This document shows, piece after piece, positions 1-12,021 of a DNA stretch of 64,000 nucleotides. The stretch comes from Phoronis australis (lineage: Eukaryota; Animalia; Phoronida): contig NMRA01000135.1 in NCBI GenBank assembly GCA_002633005.1, positions 661,992 through 725,991 on the forward strand, given 5' to 3'. Each line of letters opens with the position of its first letter. Position 1 is the first letter of the stretch. The position numbers were made by a program, and so were the translations under genes. The notes beneath the pieces are model-generated. The model was not told the DNA's origin. It saw nothing but the letters and a program-made list of their open reading frames with translations, and ran no database searches.

Positions 1-1109
1 TCCAGGATTTCTTCTTTTAGTTTTTAGGGATGTTTTGTATCATTCTCTTGGAGCAGTGTTACACCAATCTTTTGTCACAGAATATTTGATTTATACCATT
101 AGTACTGCTAAAAATAGATCTCAACTTGTTCCTTCTTCAGATGAGAAGTGATTTTTTGTCTTGCTAAAATCAAAATAACGGCGTCCTGTAGTGCCTGATC
201 TCACGCAATGACGAGCTTTAAGTTACATGTATTTTCAAGCACAGAAATTGCACCTATTTTGAATAAGGAACAACAGAGACCAATTTTGTAATCTAATGTG
301 AAGTGGTCTAAATTTGGCATTTGACACGGAAAGCTGATTTATAGCCCCTTTAAAAACACGTTGTGTTAGACAATTCATTTGTTAATGTTTACTTTTTGTT
401 ATAATAGGATTTAGTGCACAGCATAGCAGCACCAGTACAAGACCATAATGAGTGATCACACTTACGCACGCATGCACACTTAACCAAAAAGCACATTTGG
501 TTGTTGTATGCGCCCAGACTATTATATTTAAACTTGCACGTATTTCTCTGCTTTAGAAAGCGCCTGCCACATATTTAGTTAGGTTCTCGAGCTCTTTTCA
601 AAATTGCTATCACTGCGGCCAGGTTTTCTTTTGCAATGGTTGTCCATGCCTTTATTATTCATAAATGTATAAATGTGCATTTTTGTATTATACTGACAGC
701 CCAGTAAAAATTCCTGGATTCTGGCGACTGAAGATGTTTCCAGTAAACTATGAATCGTAAAGTATTCTGCAACAAACATGATCACATTAAAGGTGTATTA
801 AACTGTGTATTGCTTTTTGGGGTAAAAGATCATTTTCCTAAGCAACTGCCACAACACCTTCCTGTATGAAAGAAACCATGTAAACAGTTTTCTATATTCT
901 TGAAGTTGTAATTGGTTTGTGCAAAGAAGATTTTTAACTGTTAGCAATTATAATAAATTATATTTTACTTGTTTTAAAAGTTGTTTTTATATGAGAGAAC
1001 ACAATGAGGACATATAACAAAAGTTTATTACTAGTTCATCAATACACCTATCCATCAACAAGATACAGTTCAGCCTATTTACAAGCAACGTTAGGAACTG
1101 TTGAGACGT

Positions 1110-4100
1110 TTAGCCCTCGTAGAAGCGAGGCAGTTCGTTTCCTAAAATCACTTTTCTTTCTATTCCATCTTTAGTAATGGTCGCCAGTCTTATTACGCCT
1201 CCACTGGAGCCGTCTCTGAACATGGCCAAGGCGAGAGCTGGAAACCAAGAAAACCATGTCAGAACAATGCAATAAGATAAACATGATAATATGAACCATG
1301 TCGGTACAACACTAAGACAATACAATAACATGCAACACTTGTCACGGTTTATGTCCATTTAGGCTTCATGGCCAAATGTGTCATTCTGCACGTTCCAGTA
1401 ACCATGTCTACCCCCAATGTATGTACACATCAGAGGCCTTGAAAGCACCGATTTCTGTGAATGAGCCCCCAAAACATACAAAATTAGGATCTTTTTAAGA
1501 CAAACAGCCAGAGTTTAAGTGACACCTTGCCACTACTCTGCTATGTTTTATTTGTCCATTGAGTGAACATCTTGTGCAAACTTTAGCCCAAAAACGTACA
1601 AAATTCAGCTCCTTTTGAGTAACAGAATTTGAGAGGCACTTTGCTGCTACTCTCCTACTACATTTTATTTGTATCTTGTACAAAGTGTGTACATATGAAT
1701 CAACCAATAGCCTTGGATACAAGAGCGAAACTTTGTAGTGTGCGGAGACTGAGAAGATGATATTGATGAAATTGCAGTAAAGTGATATTCCCATCTACAT
1801 TTTCATAGGAATTTATTTAGATGTTTTATTTTGATTTGATAGAATACATATCTTTGTTTGTATCTAAACTGGTAAATGAGTATTGCCGCCTTCCCAATGA
1901 TGCGTTTGCAGAATGAGTGACCTAGATTTCATTTGTGACTTGCCTTAATCAAAAACTTTTATCAGATCCTTCTTGCTTCGTATTGCGTTGGTTTAATCAA
2001 AGTGTTGGCAATTACTGAGAAGCATGATTGCAATATATATGTAAGCATACTTTGAATTATTTTTTAAACTTTTCTGTCGGTAAACATAGTATTTTCGATT
2101 TGTTTTCTGTTAATCACCCGTTGTCCCAGATAAGTGGGAATTTCGAGACAGTGGTCCAGTGCAGAGAAAGTAGTCCATAGCACGCAACTTTATTTGTCAG
2201 TAGTTATTTGCCAGTAGACCCAGTTATTTCAGGTCTTGCGTGTACATTTATTGAGCAGCGTATATGTACATGTGTGGTATAAAATAGTTTAATGTACAGT
2301 GTCCAGCATTGAGGAGTTTTAACTGAACACCTGTAGGTCACATGACACAAACACTTACTGTTGGCACAGAATTGTAAACATTCATCCTTGGTCATGCCCT
2401 CTTTGAAGTTAGCATCAACGTAACCATAAACGTAGGTACTACCAGAGCCCCCTATGGAAACTGGCTGACGAACACACATTCCACCCAACGGGATTGTGTA
2501 GACCTACAAAATGATAGTATTAATGAAAAAATTGTCCAAATCCGGGCAGTTTGAGAAGAGAGGAGCAAAAATCTTCAGACACAGACAATAAACCTTGCTA
2601 ACATTTTTGACCTCCCTCTTTCAGCGGTCATTTTCAAGCTGATGCATGTCAAGTACCTGGACGCGTGACACTGTGATCTGAGTAGGTAGAGCTAGAAATT
2701 CGGTTCCTCTGTAGAACAGCAACATTTCCTATGCCCATTTGAAATTTCGAGCTCCACCAACTCTGATTAATACGCACTTTAAATGCATCAGTTTGAAAAT
2801 GACCACCATTACTTGCGACCGACGTTCGCAGTAACCAACTTGACTAGGGGACTTACTGTACGGCATAGAATATTATAATCAAGTGAACACCAAAAACTAT
2901 GCATATTTTAAAGTGGCTTGACTATGCTTTGAACTATTGCTCCCATCTGTGTCGGTTATCTATAAATCAGTTGAATCACTGCCCATATCCCGACTCACCT
3001 GTCCACCTTGCCTCTTGTCCCAGCCAGCACAGATAATGCCTGCTGTTAGGTCTTCTCTATAGTTGTAACACAACTCACGAAATATATGAGCAGCCGTCTT
3101 CACCAGAGGCTCTTCATTCGACTCCATCCTAAACAGATATCAAATGATCACATTCCAGTACCAGGGTACACAATTCTCCTTCCTCACAAAGCACATAAAT
3201 GCATTTCTTTCATAATTTTTTAATGCGCCTGCTCATGCCGCTCATCAAGTATGATAGGAAGCAAATGTTGTTAGTGAGCAGTCATGTCACTGTTGCAAAG
3301 TCTGATTGGTCAGTCTGACCTGTACAGTCTGATTGGTCAGTCTGACATGTAAAGTTTGATTGGTCAGCCTGACCTGCAAAGTCTGATTGGTCAGTCTGAC
3401 CTCTAAAGTCGGCCTGGCCGGATTTTACCATCAGTTCCAAATGTAGGTAGTTCTTCTGCAGAGCAAGGTCACTTGATTTTACACATAAGAGTGGTACAAA
3501 CCTTTGAAAGCTCAAGTGATAACTAACGATGTCAGCTATGGCCTGTGTGTCTGCAGCTGAGCCTGAGCGGCAGCAGAAGATGTGATCTGTGATTGGTGTC
3601 AACTTGTCTGTCACGCGATTAGCAATGTAAGATCTGTAAGAAACTAGCAAACTGAGTACAAATTATACTTGGGAAGGACATTTTAACTAAAAATTACAAC
3701 AAAACTTGCAAAAGCCAAATTCACGTACATTGAACTGATCTTCCCAGTGGCGGATTTAAGGGGGGGGCCAAGGTGGCCATGCCCCCCCCTAAAATTTTCT
3801 CAGATTCTATTTGACACTTTGGGGGTGCGAATGTCTGACGGGCAAAATCCTGGCTAATACTCTTGCCCTGACCACCCTCCAACTCAAAATCCTGGATCCG
3901 CCCGTGCTTCCCTTAAAAATTCAGACAGCCTGAATATTGTCTGGATGAGGAAGTGATACTATCATTGACTACTGCAGGAGTGAGGACTTACCCAGTTGTA
4001 GTTCTGGAGTCTGCCCCAATAACAACACCACCATCAAATTCAACAGCCATAATGGATGTCTGGAAATAAATAGAATGTTAATTCAGGGGAGATTACTTAC

Positions 4101-7100
4101 AACCCTCGGAAAGATAGCTCAAGATGATATGAGACAGCTTTTAGCAAGGGATTTTCCAACCTTTAAAATGTGGCAGTAGTGTGTCACGGAGTGAGTCAGT
4201 GTACAGTACCTATATGACATCAGTTACATATGCGACAGTATCCCATAGCTGGTGAGTTACCCATTCAGTCAAGACCAATGCAGAGCTAGCGGAAGCTATG
4301 CCCATGTCTGTTGTGTTGGCAAGAGTGCCTAAACTTTTTAAGTAAATGGTTGCAGTTCCAATCATCACGCATCATATGTACTCCCCAAGCTATTCAGCAA
4401 CTTGTGACTACAACTGATTTAAATCATCAACCAAATTTCTAAAGGCCGCCAACACCTTTAAATCCATCGAGCTTCTAAGTCATTCCAGTTACTTACTGTT
4501 TTCCAGACGATGATGGACTTTACTTTGCACAAAAGCTAGAGGGTAATGCAAGAAATCACATGCACTGTTTTCCATTTAAATTGCTACGGGCAAGGGGAAT
4601 GTCATCGATTGACTCACAGATTTTGCATTCTCCCCAGGTAGTCGTTAGCTAGCACAAGGTTACAATCAGGACTACCTGGACAGTGTGAAATTTCCAAGTC
4701 TATGTGAAGTTAATACACAAGTGTTCGCAACTGTATTTTGACGTTAGTCTTCATACAGGTAGCTGGCTGTCTAATAGTAACATAAGACAGGTCCTGGTGA
4801 TGTAGCCAATACATCAACTTTAAGGTCCATCAAAAATTTTTTCACAAATTATGAGCAATGGATATCAATCAGAAGAAATTCCGAGTGCGTGGACAAAATG
4901 CTTATTGAGTGTGCTTATACTAACAAAATCAAATTCCCTTAATAACTACTTATGGAAACATGACTAGTCTTCCCTGGTTCTTTTCCGCTCCTTGTTACCT
5001 CTTTGTATCCACACATTTGAATCATGTCGTTTGCCATTATATGCTCACAGATTTTGAACTAATGGCATCATACCATAATTAGTAGTGATTCGAATGGCAG
5101 TCAATGAGCCAAGTTAACGTTTACGAGTTCACCGCTGGGTGAAAAATGCATACGTCAGAGTGACATGAGGGCAGTAAAATTTCTAATCTTTGAAAGGAAT
5201 AATTATTTAAACTGCTTGATTTTCTTGCAATTATAATTGCCGTATCATCTGTGCAGATACATTCCTTCACACGATCATAATTTCAAAGTGTGCAGTGTGC
5301 AAGTTAATATTTGATACATGTAGTAAGAATGTGATATAACATACCTAACACTAAAATCTACTCTTTCAATGTATGGACTTCTAACCCTGTTTTGGTTTCA
5401 GGGTGGTTTACTTCACAGACGATGTAATTGCTAAAACAAAGTAAGACCATCCAATACGTTAATAAGGTACACATAGTGTACCTAAATATCAGATAGGTAG
5501 AACTATTGGACGTTTTACGAAAATTTACAGGAAGTAAAATCTGAGAAATGAAATGACGTCTGTTCTGTTGCAATAAGTACAACATCCGGCACCATCTCGT
5601 TTTTTTATAGTGTTGCTTCGTTTTGATTTCAACAAGAAAGGGAACAATTTAGATCCATAATGGAATTTGATGTTGTTGTTATTATACTACCACACTCAAC
5701 AAGAATTTTACGTCCATACTGGGATTTCTTCTGATTCAGTGCTGCCTCAGTATCAAAGTCAAGCAATGATTCCCCTTCAAAGTTCGTGTCGGCTTTCAAA
5801 CTTTAAATTAGTAACAGTTTTCCTAGAATCATTACCTTTGATTCACAACTATTTTGTGAAATCAGTGCACTTGCCACCACAGCAGTTAGCACACATCAAA
5901 CATACACTTAAATTACTACAGGAAGTAAATAGATGGAACTTGGAATTATTTGGCAAAAATTGGGCGAGACCAGTGTTAGCGAACATCTGCGTTCTATGTT
6001 CATTCATTGATGGAAGGAACTGAGTTAGAGAATGAATGTACATATACAGGCAGAAATTGGGGAAAATTGGAGAGGTACGTGTAAGATTATGAAACTGGGG
6101 CACGGACGGTACGCTCATATTTTGTTTGGTGACCTCAGATTTTCAGTTCTGGTAATGTGGGACTTCTGCCAGATCGCTAAACAGTGTTCTCCACAATACC
6201 AATTCCAAAATCCACGCAAAGTTCAATATCAGTAGTCAACACTGTCTTTTCTCTAGTCTATAGCCTTAACATCTTGACTGCAGGTATTTATATATGTTTC
6301 AAAAACGTACAGTGAACTGGTCAGGTGTGACCTACACTATGTAGGGCCTACACGCGAAAACAGCGAATGATACTCGAAGTGCCCATTCAGCTAACGACCG
6401 TCTCACAAATAAAAAATTGTTAAAAGCCCGTGGCCAGGAAGTGCGCGCTACATACCTGTCATTTGTCATCGCAGACATTACTCTGCGGGAACTATCTATG
6501 AAACTATGGGTAGCATATCGGCAAAAAATAAATATAGGCACTAATTTCAGAAAGTTTTCTAATGCCGTAAAAACTATTGCGTTACTTTTAAAAGGGATTG
6601 CTTTATTAATCACTTGTTCTGTATTCATAATTGGTGTTTTTAAAGTATAATACCTGATGAAATGCCCCAATGATAGTGGACACCTCCGCCCCCGAATCTC
6701 CCGGAAAATAACTCAGACTGTCACACATCCAGTCACCCGGCGACTTAGGCCCTACCGAGACAATTCTCGCACATATTAACAGTAGATGTAATCAGCAAGA
6801 GCTCAATAAAACGCGTTCTCGTGATACTGCTTCTGTTATTTCTTTAGTTACAATGCACACCTAAATCGTTCAGTTAGGCCTACTTTGCGTTTACTCCGGC
6901 AAATGAACACTGATTGGATGAGTCGACACTAACGCGCTCACTCACTCACACACGCAAACGATCTTCAAAACAAAGGTCACGTGACTACGACATGTGTGTT
7001 CTTTCAGAGACTTTTTCATGTTGCTGGGTACGATCTTGTGCAGATTTGAACCTATATTCTTCTTAATACCGACTCCATAGGAACTTAAAACCTTAGAAAC

Positions 7101-8127
7101 GCTATATGGAAACTTAAGTGAGGATTTCAGGTAATTTATTGAGTCGAAAATATATCTTTATTCAAGCTGCCCTGTTGACGATTGTGAGGCAGCGGAGCAT
7201 CAGCAAGTTTTCACCCAGGGGTTTCATTGTAAAGTGATCGTAATTTAACAAAGAAATTTGATAGCAATGCGCCACCATTTTGTAGAAAGTCTGTTATAGG
7301 CTACAGATACATCATTTAGCTTAAATATGATGAATCATAGCTTCCGATTTCACTTGTTTTGGAGACCGGGTTTCAACAGCCTTGGGTTACAATATCCTAA
7401 GCGCCTCTTACCCCGAAACGAAAGTTACCAAAGTTTTAAACCTGGCGCGGCAATTTTCAAACTTGACACGCTTTCCCCAAACTCTACACGGCAAAATCCA
7501 AACTCATTACTGCGTCGAGTCAAAACAGGTCGTGGAGAACACTGCTAAATCACAAATGTGACTTGGTGTTAAGCTACGCAATGAGCACCGTGATCTATGT
7601 CAATTTCTGTGGTGAATCTTCTGTGAGAGTAGTAATATGAAGTCCTCTCTTAATCACTCACCTAAGCCTAAGGGCAAATGCTCTTTGGTCGACAGGTTAA
7701 GACGCCTGGCAAAGAGATATACAGCCTTACAGGGTTCGAAACTTGGACTAGGTGATTTTTCACTACATCACACTTTCATAGACCCTGGGGAATTTTTTGA
7801 TGGACCTTCAGCTCTATTTGAGGTGACTGATTGGATACCCGGCCGTGGCCAATACTCAGCTGTCAACTCTGTTTAAATGAAGTCAGGCTGGTTTACCGAC
7901 CTACCCGTCCCCGGCCGGCGATGGTGCTGGATCAGTGAATGGTCTACAATTAGCTAGTTAATCGACGGATACCTTAGATATTGATGCCCAAATACGCTTT
8001 CAAATCAAAACATTCGTGTAAGTTTACATACCCCTGTGCTGTGTTCAGAAGAAAGCCAGTCAGGGACGAGATTACTGTTCATGTTTTGGCTAAATGACAA
8101 AGCAGAGTTGCTCGCCAACGACGCCAT
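1110..8127 (-). CDS. PSMB6: Proteasome subunit beta type-6 (beta1), 232 aa, 6 exons
   Basis: Exons 8127-8032 (propeptide MASLAS...[11 protein letters not shown]), 4059-3992 ([23 protein letters not shown]), 3633-3502 ([22 protein letters not shown]), 3128-2999, 2503-2359 ([13 protein letters not shown]) and 1237-1110 ([15 protein letters not shown]). All introns are GT-AG with consistent phase; total 699 nt. Catalytic Thr1 is the first codon of exon 2. AATAAA on - near 1024-1029. Confidence 0.97.
2626..2804. mobile_element. MITE-like foldback in a PSMB6 intron
   Basis: 22-bp inverted termini GGTCATTTTCAAGCTGATGCAT / ATGCATCAGTTTGAAAATGACC, plus an inner imperfect inverted repeat. Confidence 0.6.
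3295..3420. repeat. Intronic minisatellite, ~27-nt unit (gtctgattggtcagtctgacctgtaca)
   Basis: About 4-5 imperfect tandem copies in PSMB6 intron 3. This explains the QTDQSDF repeat in ORF 3282..3650. Confidence 0.85.
3745..3906. mobile_element. Non-autonomous DNA transposon (CAGTGGCGGAT..ATCCGCCCGTG) with 5-bp TSD
   Basis: Inverted termini with CTTCC duplicated at 3740-3744 and 3907-3911. Related copies at ~9400-9510 (partial) and 20097-20252 (inverted). Confidence 0.8.
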
Positions 8128-10760
8128 CTTGAATGATGTCTTCTGATGCGCCCTCGTTTGGCAATAACATCCTCCTTAGTAGCGCCCTCATGTGACCTCT
8201 GGCTGAACCAAGGCTACCATCCGCCGCAGACTTGGCCCGTCACACTCACTCAAATTGTTTCACATACGTTTCTGTAACCATTTTAATAGTGTTTTGAGCG
8301 ATAATCAAAACTTTAAAACATTTGGGAACATCAAAAATGACTTTCATGAAAAGTATTTTGAGTGTATGACGATATGTTCGAAACAGCCAGACCCCAATCT
8401 AAATCAAGTCATAAAAATGTTTGGCTTTTCAGTTCATTTTCGTTTTACGCAACTTTACTATTCAGCATTTTATAAACAGAAATGGCGCCAACTCTCCTAA
8501 CTTCAACGGTCGTTAAATAACTCCAAAACAATTTCATATGAAAAATCCTTGCTTTCGCGATTGTTCCCTTAGGCACTCTCGATTACAAACATTTTTGAAA
8601 TTTAATTGTAACTAACATGTTGCAAAGAAATAAGCAAAACCCCGCAACGGGCATATCGAAAACAGGACCGGAAATAAACGTGATCGAAGTTGAAAGGTCA
8701 ATCCGTAGCGTACGTTGATGGGCTAAGTTACGCTATTTTTCCAATAATACCAACGTTTTTCTGCAGTAATAAATAGTGATTGAAGAAGACATGTCCTGTT
8801 ATGTTAATGTCAGTATTAAAATCTGATTTTTGTCATTTCATTGTCAAAAAACAGCCTCCGATTATTAATTCTTGGAACGCCGGCCCGGAGCGAGCCTCAA
8901 TCGGAAAGACGCCGGGCTACACTGACGGTGAGAATTTATAGAATCGCAGTTTACAAGCTAAATGAAATTTCCATACACATCGCTTATCGCTCCACTGCAG
9001 GACAAAAATTTAACACGACAGGACTGAAAAGTTATTACGCCAGGAAACAAAGAAATTTTTACGTGTCAGAAAAATTTCACACGTCAGGAAATTTTCACGT
9101 TAGGACAAATTCATACAGTGACTAGCGGTTGCATGTCCCAAAGGATTATCGTTGCCGTAACCTGCCAATCATCGGAAAGCAAAACAGATAATATGGAGTG
9201 CATCGGGAAAAGGTTTTTTTAAAACCAACACTTTTTAAAAAAATAAACAAATCGTTGTTGAACCACAAGATAAAACCACGAAAGACATCGGAGGGAAATT
9301 AAAAAAAAATGTCAAGTTTGTGAAAACTAACCGACTAGCCGGATAAAGCTCCTATAATACGTCAGGGTCCCACGGCTTATTGTTAAGAGTTAGGATTCCA
9401 TGTGGCAGTTCGGGGGTACGAATGTCTGACGGGCAAAATCCTGGCTATTACTCTGCTCTGCCACCCCCCCCCCNCCCCCGGAGTGACTCAAAATCCTGGA
9501 TACGCCCCAGCGCTGAACAAAGTGCAGCAGTAGTCATTGACAACATGTAAACGAGAAAACAAAAAGTTCTGCAAATAGGTGACCTGTGCATTAATGACGT
9601 AGCTCGGGGGGGTTATAGAACCCGCATCATGCAGAGGTATTCACACAATGACGTCACGATACTTACTAGATATTGTTGAATGGTTTACGGCGGATCATTT
9701 TCGACTCAAAACTCGTTCTTAACAACATTTGAGAATTTTCAACCTACTCTATATATTCACATCGTCTACTGGTACATGTATGTTGTGTTTCCCAGCAATA
9801 AAAGAGATCACAAGGAATTAACGTGTAAGTTCCACTAATTGATCACGGAGCTGCACGTACTAGTAGATATATGGCTATTAGGCCTTTAACTATCGAGTCA
9901 CATGGTATTTCTTACCGTGACAGGATTCTCTTTCCGATACCCACAAGAACATCGATACCGTCAGTGACTCAAAAAAAACGCTCGAGAGTTTCTTGTGGTT
10001 GGCTTAAAACCCTAAAATTGTAAACGCAAATCACTGAAGACAGCAGCCACATGGCCCCGTTCACCACGGCCTAGTTGGCTTTCCTCGGGGGCGAAACGTA
10101 CTCAACATCACTTTGGAGCATTGTTGCTGTAATGCGTCATATCGTGTGACGTAAATATATTCCAAATAATGCTGCTTGTATCTTAGGAATCTCATGTTTT
10201 CAGGTTATTATCACGGTCCTGACTTGAACAATTCGGTTTTGAGTCAGTGTCTTTTTGGTCCTGCAGAGTTTTTAATTCTTGAATAGAAAATGTGTGTTCC
10301 GGGATTTTGTGGCTTTTCGTGCAATGGCAGGTAGGCGTGATGTATCCTAATCCATTTTTGTTGCGATGATGGCAAAGTCCAACGATCAGTTAATTGTGTA
10401 TTCTTATCATTGTATCATGTGATCGTCTAATTCGTCTAACGTATTGCAATGCTTAAGTGAACCTTTTGGGATACATGTATAAGTTTAAGGGTTCTCCCCC
10501 GTGGATTTCCGCCAATTTAGAGGTACATTAACTGAGAGAAAAGAGAGTTTTTTCGGAGATCAGCTTCGGCGCAAAATTTAACTTCAGTGCAACCCCCATT
10601 CCGCTCTCACTGTTAGTAATTTTCAGAGTTGAATTAACACACCTTCATTGCCCATGGTTCACTACACACTCAGCAACAGAAAGGCCTATAATCCCCTGTA
10701 ACTCGTGACTGTGTATATGTACCATTACTTGTTTGGCCTAGCAAGGTGGCCACTGATTTT

Positions 10761-10807
10761 GCTTCTGAGGATGGTGTTTTAATAAACGCCGAAACACTAT
10801 GTCAAAC
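10761..10807 (+). ncRNA. Minimal type I hammerhead ribozyme motif (Penelope-like pLTR type)
   Basis: Core CTGAGGA (10765-10771), one extra T, stem II GGTGTTT/AAACGCC with loop TAAT, GAAA, stem III ACA/TGT with loop CTA, and a GTC cleavage triplet ending at 10803. Stem I (GCTT/AAAC) is weak, with one mismatch. Confidence 0.6.
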
Positions 10808-11845
10808 CGGTTTAAAGCTATCGTTGTTTTTATCAACAGAGTATTAAGTGGTGGCGGGCCTGGATATCAGCTACCGTCTGCTAGACAATGTCTCCACCGA
10901 CCTGGCGATTTGTAATAACTATACACAAACACAACGCATCCTGTTGTTTTATAGTTCTGGTCAAAGCTCATCTAACTATAACACCAAACATCTGAGCTGT
11001 TCGGCTGTCGATATTTTCAAGTGGCTATTGGCTGAATATCCGGCCCAGTAAATTAACATACTGGCAATGATGACTCACTTCAACGCACGGTTGAATGATA
11101 ACCAAAAGTGCAGATCGCAAAACAAATGTCTGGGCAGTTATTTCCGTATTCCAACATCAGTGTCGAAATTTGAAACGTAACCAAAACTGCGTCGCATGAT
11201 TCGAGTACAAATTTAGGCTTAGGCTTACTGCCGGGAAGCGTGGTACGTCATTGTCCATTTTCAAGTCGAGATTCGGGAACAGGGATGAATCCCCGGGCGC
11301 AGGTTGACTGAAAAACACGTCCACGTGCAAAATGCATCAAGCTTATCACTCACGTCACTATAAATTACAGCTTTGGTAAAACACCTGAACGCTCATGAAA
11401 ATCAGAAGATGGTGTTTTTCTGATTCAAGGAAAATCCCAAGGCCAGTGTCATGCCACGGTTGTTCTGTGCACTCTAGCACTGAAGAACAAATAATTTTAC
11501 GCACGAAATGATTTCTACCGTCTGACCTGGTACTGAAATGCCTTCTCGTTGTTTAAGTGATAAGTTGTCAGTGAACATTACGGGAACAAAATTCAGAAGG
11601 GATCTGGAAAATTTCTTACAAGTTTTTGACACAAGCACAAAATTCGGTTTGGAAGGAGTCGGAGATCGGGGCCAGTAAGTACAGCTCCAGCGGCCGTAGA
11701 CTTCAGACCGGGAATAACCTGCATGGGACCTGCTTCTCGATCCATAAACATTGTTGGGTTTTGTAGTCAGAAATATAGTCCAAAATTGCTTTTGACTTCT
11801 GCGCTTCTCGAAACGTTTTGGGTCTCTGTCTAGTCAAACAGACTA

Positions 11846-12021
11846 CAGTGGCAGATCTACGTTTTCAGTAGAGGGGAGGGGGTTAGGATTCGAGCTAATC
11901 CGAGGCGCTTAGCGCCGAGCGGAAGGAAGGTCGGGAGGGGGTTTTCCACCTCCCGTGTAAGATTTTTGTGGTTTTTAGTAACTGATCCTGTCCCANCCCC
12001 CCCCCTGTAGATCTGCCTCTG
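11846..12021. mobile_element. MITE (CAGTGGCAGATCTA..TAGATCTGCCTCTG) with 5-bp TSD
   Basis: Inverted termini with GACTA duplicated at 11841-11845 and 12022-12026. The same 5' end recurs at ~63952, running to the window end. Confidence 0.8.

Noticed and set aside
3282-3500. Repetitive QTDQSDF extension of the PSMB6 ORF
   Set aside because: It is read-through into an intronic minisatellite beyond a valid donor at 3501.
4262-4370. Possible C/D-box snoRNA in PSMB6 intron 1
   Set aside because: The boxes are present, but there is no terminal stem or recognisable rRNA guide.
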